Shown here one piece after another: positions 59,011 through 64,000 of a stretch of 64,000 nt of DNA. The stretch comes from Candidatus Zixiibacteriota bacterium. GTDB lineage: Bacteria > Zixibacteria > MSB-5A5 > UBA10806 > 4484-95. Numbering within the stretch: the stretch's first letter is position 1; each line of letters begins with the position of its first letter. Location: the NCBI GenBank assembly GCA_037441845.1, contig JBBIRK010000006.1, forward strand, positions 96,001-160,000, written 5' to 3'. Position numbers and translations under genes: made by a program. The notes under the pieces were generated by a model, which saw only the letters and a list, made by a program, of their open reading frames with translations, ran no database searches and was not told the DNA's origin.

Positions 59011-59112
59011 GAAATCTATTGACTTTCATCGCGCCGCGAAATAATATTCCATTGACAGCGGCCGTTTGATTTCGGCCGTTTTCGGGGAACCGTTTCAACA
59101 AGGAGATCGCCC

Positions 59113-60237
59113 GTGGCTCAAAGCAATATCTTGGAACCCGATCTGAATTTCATAAGGGAGATCAAAAAATCAGGCGGCGCCACCCTTAAAAAATGCTACC
59201 AGTGCGCCACTTGCTCGGTCGTCTGCAATCTTTCACCGACGGATGGTCCGTTTCCCAGAAAAGAAATGATCTACGCCCAATGGGGCCAAATCGACAAACT
59301 CGTCGGCGATCCCGACCTTTGGCTTTGTTATCAGTGCAACGATTGCTCGACTCGTTGTCCCCGCGGCGCCCGTCCCGGCGATGTGCTGGCCGCGATCAGA
59401 ACCTATATATACAAGCATTATTCCTTTCCCCGTTTTATGGGTAAAGCTGCCTCGAGCCCCGCGGCGTTGCCGTTGCTTTTAATCGTTCCCGCGCTGGTCA
59501 TTACCGCCTTGATGCTTGCCTATACGGGCGCCGATTTCAGTTTTATGAATCGGCAGATCAGGTTCGGGGATTTTATCCCCCACGGCTGGATCGAGGGGTT
59601 GTTTATCAGCGGCAACGTGCTGATTTTCGCTTTCGCTTTCATAGGTCTTCGACGATTTTGGAACGCATTGCAGAAAAACAGCTCGACCCCCCGGCGCAGC
59701 TCGTTCATATCGAGCCTGATCGCGACTATCATGGGTATCATAAGCCACTCCAATTTCAACCGTTGCGAGGCGAACCGGCCGCGCTATATCGCTCATATGC
59801 TGGTGTTTTTCGGATTCATTGGGGCGATGGCCACCGCGGGCCTGGCGTTGCTGGCGATGGTTTTCATACATCTTGATCCTCCTATTCCTCTGTCTCACCC
59901 GATAAAATGGCTGGGGAACGCCTCGGGTTTCGCCGGTGTCGCCGGTCTGGCGATAATGATCGGCAGACGGCTGTCCGGCAAAGACAAAGTCGGAGCCAAT
60001 GGCTATGCCGATTGGCTTTTCCTGATTATGTTGTTTCTAGTGTTCGCCACCGGACTATTGTCACAGTTTTTCCGATTGGCCGAGACGCCGATATCGGCTT
60101 ACTCCATATATTTCGTTCATTTGCTCGTAGTGTTTTTCCTGCTCTGGTATGCGCCTTATTCGAAATTCGGCCACATGTTTTATCGTTCAATCGCCTTGGT
60201 GCATTCCCACAGTATCGGCAGGAAAGCGAAAACGTAG
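59113..60237 (+). CDS. qmoC: Quinone-interacting membrane-bound oxidoreductase subunit C (HdrC-like Fe-S domain + cytochrome b domain)
   Basis: KKCYQCATCSVVC…FPRKEMIYAQWG…WLCYQCNDCSTRCPRGARPGDVLAA; HMLVFFGF, HPIKWLGN, YFVHL, PYSKFGH. Confidence 0.9.
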   Translation: MAQSNILEPDLNFIREIKKSGGATLKKCYQCATCSVVCNLSPTDGPFPRKEMIYAQWGQIDKLVGDPDLWLCYQCNDCSTRCPRGARPGDVLAAIRTYIYKHYSFPRFMGKAASSPAALPLLLIVPALVITALMLAYTGADFSFMNRQIRFGDFIPHGWIEGLFISGNVLIFAFAFIGLRRFWNALQKNSSTPRRSSFISSLIATIMGIISHSNFNRCEANRPRYIAHMLVFFGFIGAMATAGLALLAMVFIHLDPPIPLSHPIKWLGNASGFAGVAGLAIMIGRRLSGKDKVGANGYADWLFLIMLFLVFATGLLSQFFRLAETPISAYSIYFVHLLVVFFLLWYAPYSKFGHMFYRSIALVHSHSIGRKAKT

Positions 60238-60515
60238 TCGATTCTGTTAATTAATCGACCGGAATTCACTCTCGACGACCATTCGCTGAAGTTGCTCAGA
60301 GACACCCGCCTTAAGCGATTATTAACGCCTACCTGGCCTGCTCACCGCGGACGCAGGGGATCGAAGTCTCTATCGAATGCGACTCGCAATCGGGCCATGT
60401 GCGCATAAGCGGCATGGCGCCCCTCGTGGGGACCGATACCTGGGCCAACGATATCAAAGAAGTGGTTATGAAAATCGATGAGGTCCGGCATGTGGAAATA
60501 GTCAGCAATGCCTGA
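60238..60515 (+). pseudogene. Startless 3' gene remnant, BON-like domain
   Basis: …LINRPEFTLDDHSLKLLRDTRLK, frameshift, AIINAYLACSPRTQGIEVSIECDSQSGHVRISG…IKEVVMKIDEVRHVE…*; no start codon or RBS. Confidence 0.5.
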
Positions 60516-60567
60516 CCGGTTTTGCGCCAACCTCGCTCGACCCCCGATAACTTATGTTGAATATTGA

Positions 60568-60927
60568 TTAATCGGTTTCAGAATCGAAACCGGCTTTGCC
60601 TTTGATTTTTTCCACGGGATATTTGCGTTCATTGAGGTCTATTTTGGCCTCGATCGCTTTCGTCAGATCGAATCCGACCACTTGGGACATTCTGATCGCA
60701 TATATCAAGACATCAGCCGTTTCTTCTTGAATTCTTCTTTTTGCCGAAAGGGAGAGGTTGTTCGCGGCCGCTTCCTCGAGCGTCATCCATTGGAATATCT
60801 CCATCAATTCGGCCGCTTCGACAGCCAGCGCCATGCTTAGATTTTTCGGGTTATGGAATTTATCCCAATCCCGGGCGGCGCAAAAGTCTTTGATTCTACG
60901 GGCGATGTCGGCAATTTCATTTTCCAT
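60568..60927 (-). CDS. MazG-like nucleotide pyrophosphohydrolase
   Basis: RDWDKFHNPKNL…EAAELMEIFQW…EETADV…NERKYP. Confidence 0.92.
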   Translation of the reverse strand: MENEIADIARRIKDFCAARDWDKFHNPKNLSMALAVEAAELMEIFQWMTLEEAAANNLSLSAKRRIQEETADVLIYAIRMSQVVGFDLTKAIEAKIDLNERKYPVEKIKGKAGFDSETD

Positions 60928-62206
60928 ATAGAACCGCGAACCTTTCGAACGCCCGCAGCGTTTGTTTCAGTTGCGCCGCACCGTGCGCCGTGCTTACGAA
61001 CCAGGCCTCGTACCCCGAGGGCGGTATGAAGACGCCGTTATCGAGCATGACGCCGAACAACCCCGCATAAAGTTTCATATCCGTACGTTGAGCCGCCGCG
61101 AAATCGTCGATATTTTCCCTCGAAAAGTATAACGTGAACAGACTGGCCGCGCGGTTGATTACCAACGGAATCCCCCGACAGCCGGCGATAGTCTTCAGCG
61201 ATTCCGTCAGCTCTATCGCATAATCTTCGAGTTGCCGATAAATCCGCTTGTTTAGACGCTTAAGCAAAGCCGCTCCGCATGCTGCGGAAATAGGGTTCCC
61301 CGACAGGGTGCCGGCCTGATACACAGGCCCGATCGGTGCAAGCATCTCCATTATCGCCTGCTTGCCGGCGACCGCGCCTATGGGCATACCGCCGCCCAGA
61401 ATTTTTCCATAACATGCAATATCGGGGATGATTCCATATAGCTCCGCCGCTCCTCCCGGCGCTACCCTGAATCCGGTTATTACTTCGTCGAAAATGAGCA
61501 CCGACCCGCTTTCTGCGGTTTTCGTCCGCAACAATTCGAGAAATCCTTCGGCTGGAGGAATCACTCCCATATTTCCCGCCGCCGGTTCCACGATCACCGC
61601 CGCTATATCTTCACCATGTCGGTCAAAACAATTTTTCACCGCCTCCAAATCGTTATAGGGGATTGAAATGGTTAACGTCGAAATTTCCGAAGGCACTCCG
61701 GCGCTTGCGGGGATGCCGCCGGTGGCCAGGCCGGAGCCCGCCCGGACGAGAAACGAATCCGAGTGGCCGTGGTAACCGCCGTCGAATTTGACGATGAGCT
61801 TCCTGCCGGTGAATCCACGCGCAAGCCTTATCGCCGTCATGCAGGCCTCGGTTCCCGAGCTCACCAGCCGCACCATATCGATCCAGGTAATGTGTTTTTT
61901 CACCAGATTGCAAAGCTCGAATTCCCCCCTCGATACCGTCCCGAACGAGAGGCCGTGTCTTGCCGTCCGGGTGATCGCTTCGATCGACTTCGAAAACGCA
62001 TGTCCAAACGGGAGAGGCCCCCAGGACATCACGTAATCCACGTAGCGGTTTCCATCGATATCGTAGATATATGCCCCTTTTGCCTTGGTCGTCACGAACG
62101 GTTTCCTGCCGACCGCCCCGAACGCTCTGACCGGAGAATTGACTCCACCGGGAATCAAGCGCTTCATTTTCTCAAATAGCGCATTCGATTTTATCGATCT
62201 TCGCAT
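60917..62206 (-). CDS. hemL: Glutamate-1-semialdehyde 2,1-aminomutase
   Basis: PGGVNSPVRAF, SGTEA, FDEVITGFR, GKILGGG, YQAGTLSGNP. Confidence 0.97.
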   Translation of the reverse strand: MRRSIKSNALFEKMKRLIPGGVNSPVRAFGAVGRKPFVTTKAKGAYIYDIDGNRYVDYVMSWGPLPFGHAFSKSIEAITRTARHGLSFGTVSRGEFELCNLVKKHITWIDMVRLVSSGTEACMTAIRLARGFTGRKLIVKFDGGYHGHSDSFLVRAGSGLATGGIPASAGVPSEISTLTISIPYNDLEAVKNCFDRHGEDIAAVIVEPAAGNMGVIPPAEGFLELLRTKTAESGSVLIFDEVITGFRVAPGGAAELYGIIPDIACYGKILGGGMPIGAVAGKQAIMEMLAPIGPVYQAGTLSGNPISAACGAALLKRLNKRIYRQLEDYAIELTESLKTIAGCRGIPLVINRAASLFTLYFSRENIDDFAAAQRTDMKLYAGLFGVMLDNGVFIPPSGYEAWFVSTAHGAAQLKQTLRAFERFAVLYGK

Positions 62207-62224
62207 GCCGCTTTACCGTGCTTA

Positions 62225-63205
62225 TTATCCGCCGGCGATCCAGCGGGCGATATCGAGCGCATGATAGGTGATTATGATGTCGGCGCCCGCCCTCTTGATG
62301 GCATGGATTATTTCCATCACCAATTGCTTTTCGTCCGCAGCACCTGATTCCGCCAATAACTTGGCCATCGTATATTCGCCGCTGGTATTGTAGGCCGCCA
62401 GGGGAATCCCGATCCCCGAGTTTTTCGCCCTCCATATAATATCCAGATAAGCCAAAGCCGGCTTGACCATGACTATATCGGCCCCCTCTTCGATATCCAA
62501 TTCGATTTCCCTAAGTGCATCTCCCGGCCGACGATAGTCGAGTTGATAACCGCATCTGTCGCCGAACTTGGGGCTCGATTTCGCCGCCTCTCGAAACGGC
62601 CCATAAAAAGCCGAGGCAAATTTGGATGAATAAGACATGATCGCCGTTCCCGTGAAACCGGCCTCGTCGAGCGCCCGACGTATCGCCGCCACCTGTCCGT
62701 CCATCATCGCCGATGGCGCCACGATATCGGCGCCGCACCGGGCGTGACTTTCCGCTTGTCGGGCAAGCATTTTCAAGGTGGCGTCGTTATCGACCTCGCG
62801 TCTTTTCACTATCCCGCATTGCCCGTGATCGGTATATTGGCAAAGGCAGACATCGGTAATTGTAATCATTTCCGGACAAACGTACTTGACTCTGCGGATC
62901 GCCTTTTGCACGATACCATCTGCCCTGATCGACGAGCTTCCCATGGCATCTTTCTTGCGCGGAATACCGAATAGCAACACCGCGCCGATCCCCAGATCCG
63001 CCGCAGCTTTAACCTCGGCGCCGATGCTGTCAATAGTATTTGTCTTTATTCCGGGCAGTCCCTTGATAGATTGGGGCTTGCCGATAGTTTCGCTGACGAA
63101 TAACGGATAGACAAGATTGGCGGGGGAGAGGTCGATTTCTTTGCACAGGTCGCGCAGAGATTTATTTTTCCGTAACCGCCGCGGCCGAATCCTTAGATCG
63201 CTCAT
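62225..63205 (-). CDS. hemB: Porphobilinogen synthase
   Basis: RPRRLR, DVCLCQYTDHGQCG, APSAMMDG, YGPFREA, MVKPA. Confidence 0.97.
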   Translation of the reverse strand: MSDLRIRPRRLRKNKSLRDLCKEIDLSPANLVYPLFVSETIGKPQSIKGLPGIKTNTIDSIGAEVKAAADLGIGAVLLFGIPRKKDAMGSSSIRADGIVQKAIRRVKYVCPEMITITDVCLCQYTDHGQCGIVKRREVDNDATLKMLARQAESHARCGADIVAPSAMMDGQVAAIRRALDEAGFTGTAIMSYSSKFASAFYGPFREAAKSSPKFGDRCGYQLDYRRPGDALREIELDIEEGADIVMVKPALAYLDIIWRAKNSGIGIPLAAYNTSGEYTMAKLLAESGAADEKQLVMEIIHAIKRAGADIIITYHALDIARWIAGG

Positions 63206-64000
63206 TTTTCCGATTCTCCCGTTTTTCCGCTGAACGCCGCCAACAGTTCCTTAATCATTCCCTCGATCGAATGATTTTCGCATTCGCGTGCCACCGTCAA
63301 TCCCCTTTGTCTTATCCGCTGCGATGTCGATGGTCCGATAGAGAATATCATGGCTCCACGGGTGAACGATTGGATCTCCTTTTCGCTCAATATTTCGAAC
63401 ATTCCATCGACCGTCGAACCGCTGGTGAATATAATCGCATTGGGCGGCGTTTCCAGCAGTTTTTCCTTGAATCCAGCCGGCCAACGGGGAACCGATACCG
63501 AGTATGTTCGCAGCGGCGACACTTTCGCCCCCGCTGCCGTCAAGACATCTTCAAGCATGGCGTCCCCCAGATTGCCCTTTACCCTTATCACCACCGCTCC
63601 GCGCAAGTCGAATTTTTCGGTTAGTTGCGTTGCCAAATTGGCCACAGTCGCCTTACTGGGGATGAAATCAGGATGAAGCCCCGTTTCGCGTAATTCCGCC
63701 GCAGTGCCCTCGCCCACGGCTGCCACTTTCAAACCGCCCAAAAGTTTGATATCGCTTTTTGCTTTCAACTGCCCGATAAAATGCCGAACGCCGGCTTGGC
63801 TGGTGAAAACGAGCCATCCGTCGCGATCGCCTCTCCTGTTGTTAAGCAAAATTAACATTCTGTTCCAGGCTTCTTCGTCGCGATGTTCCGATACGGCGAT
63901 CGTGGGGCAGGGGAGAACCTCGGCGCCGAGTTTCCTTAGCCGCCGGTATAATGGAAAAGCCAATTCTACGGGCCGGGTAACCATAATCCTAACGCCGAAA
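63202..64000 (-). CDS. hemD: Uroporphyrinogen-III synthase domain (partial; probably the C-terminal half of a CobA-HemD fusion)
   Basis: The frame runs off the window as …FGVRIMVTRP; VFTS, AVGEGTA, FTSGSTV, SIGPST. Confidence 0.9.
   Translation of the reverse strand, partial: FGVRIMVTRPVELAFPLYRRLRKLGAEVLPCPTIAVSEHRDEEAWNRMLILLNNRRGDRDGWLVFTSQAGVRHFIGQLKAKSDIKLLGGLKVAAVGEGTAAELRETGLHPDFIPSKATVANLATQLTEKFDLRGAVVIRVKGNLGDAMLEDVLTAAGAKVSPLRTYSVSVPRWPAGFKEKLLETPPNAIIFTSGSTVDGMFEILSEKEIQSFTRGAMIFSIGPSTSQRIRQRGLTVARECENHSIEGMIKELLAAFSGKTGESEK

Overview
Bacterial chromosomal window, gene-dense and moderate in GC. It probably comes from an anaerobic diderm of the FCB group; T9SS-type 'NYPNPFN' C-terminal domains, DUF2723 and a TonB receptor fit a Zixibacteria-like organism, but the taxon is inference only. 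Contents in order: a TolC/HlyD/ABC efflux operon; an operon ending in an exported LIM-like Zn-finger plus DA1-type metallopeptidase; a TPP riboswitch controlling a TonB receptor and an SSS transporter; housekeeping genes (murQ, birA, nadC, ppdK, hemD/B/L, tRNA-Ser); and a photolyase plus YbgA pair. Two loci stand out. (1) 38.1-43.1 kb: a twice-repeated module of [small exported 4-Cys protein with an invariant 21-aa C-terminal tail] plus [FG-GAP-like repeat protein with a T9SS-type CTD], under a perfect sigma70 promoter and partly inactivated. (2) 51-60.5 kb: a sulfate-reducer-like redox locus. An HdrD/HmcF/TmcB-type Fe-S subunit is fused to a receiver domain and lies with a Cys-rich PAS kinase and an HTH-Cys-cluster regulator, divergent from an orphan qmoC; both promoters carry an identical 17-bp Rex-like box. 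Several frameshifts and stops may be gene decay or sequencing error. No CRISPR array, rRNA, integrase or transposase was seen.
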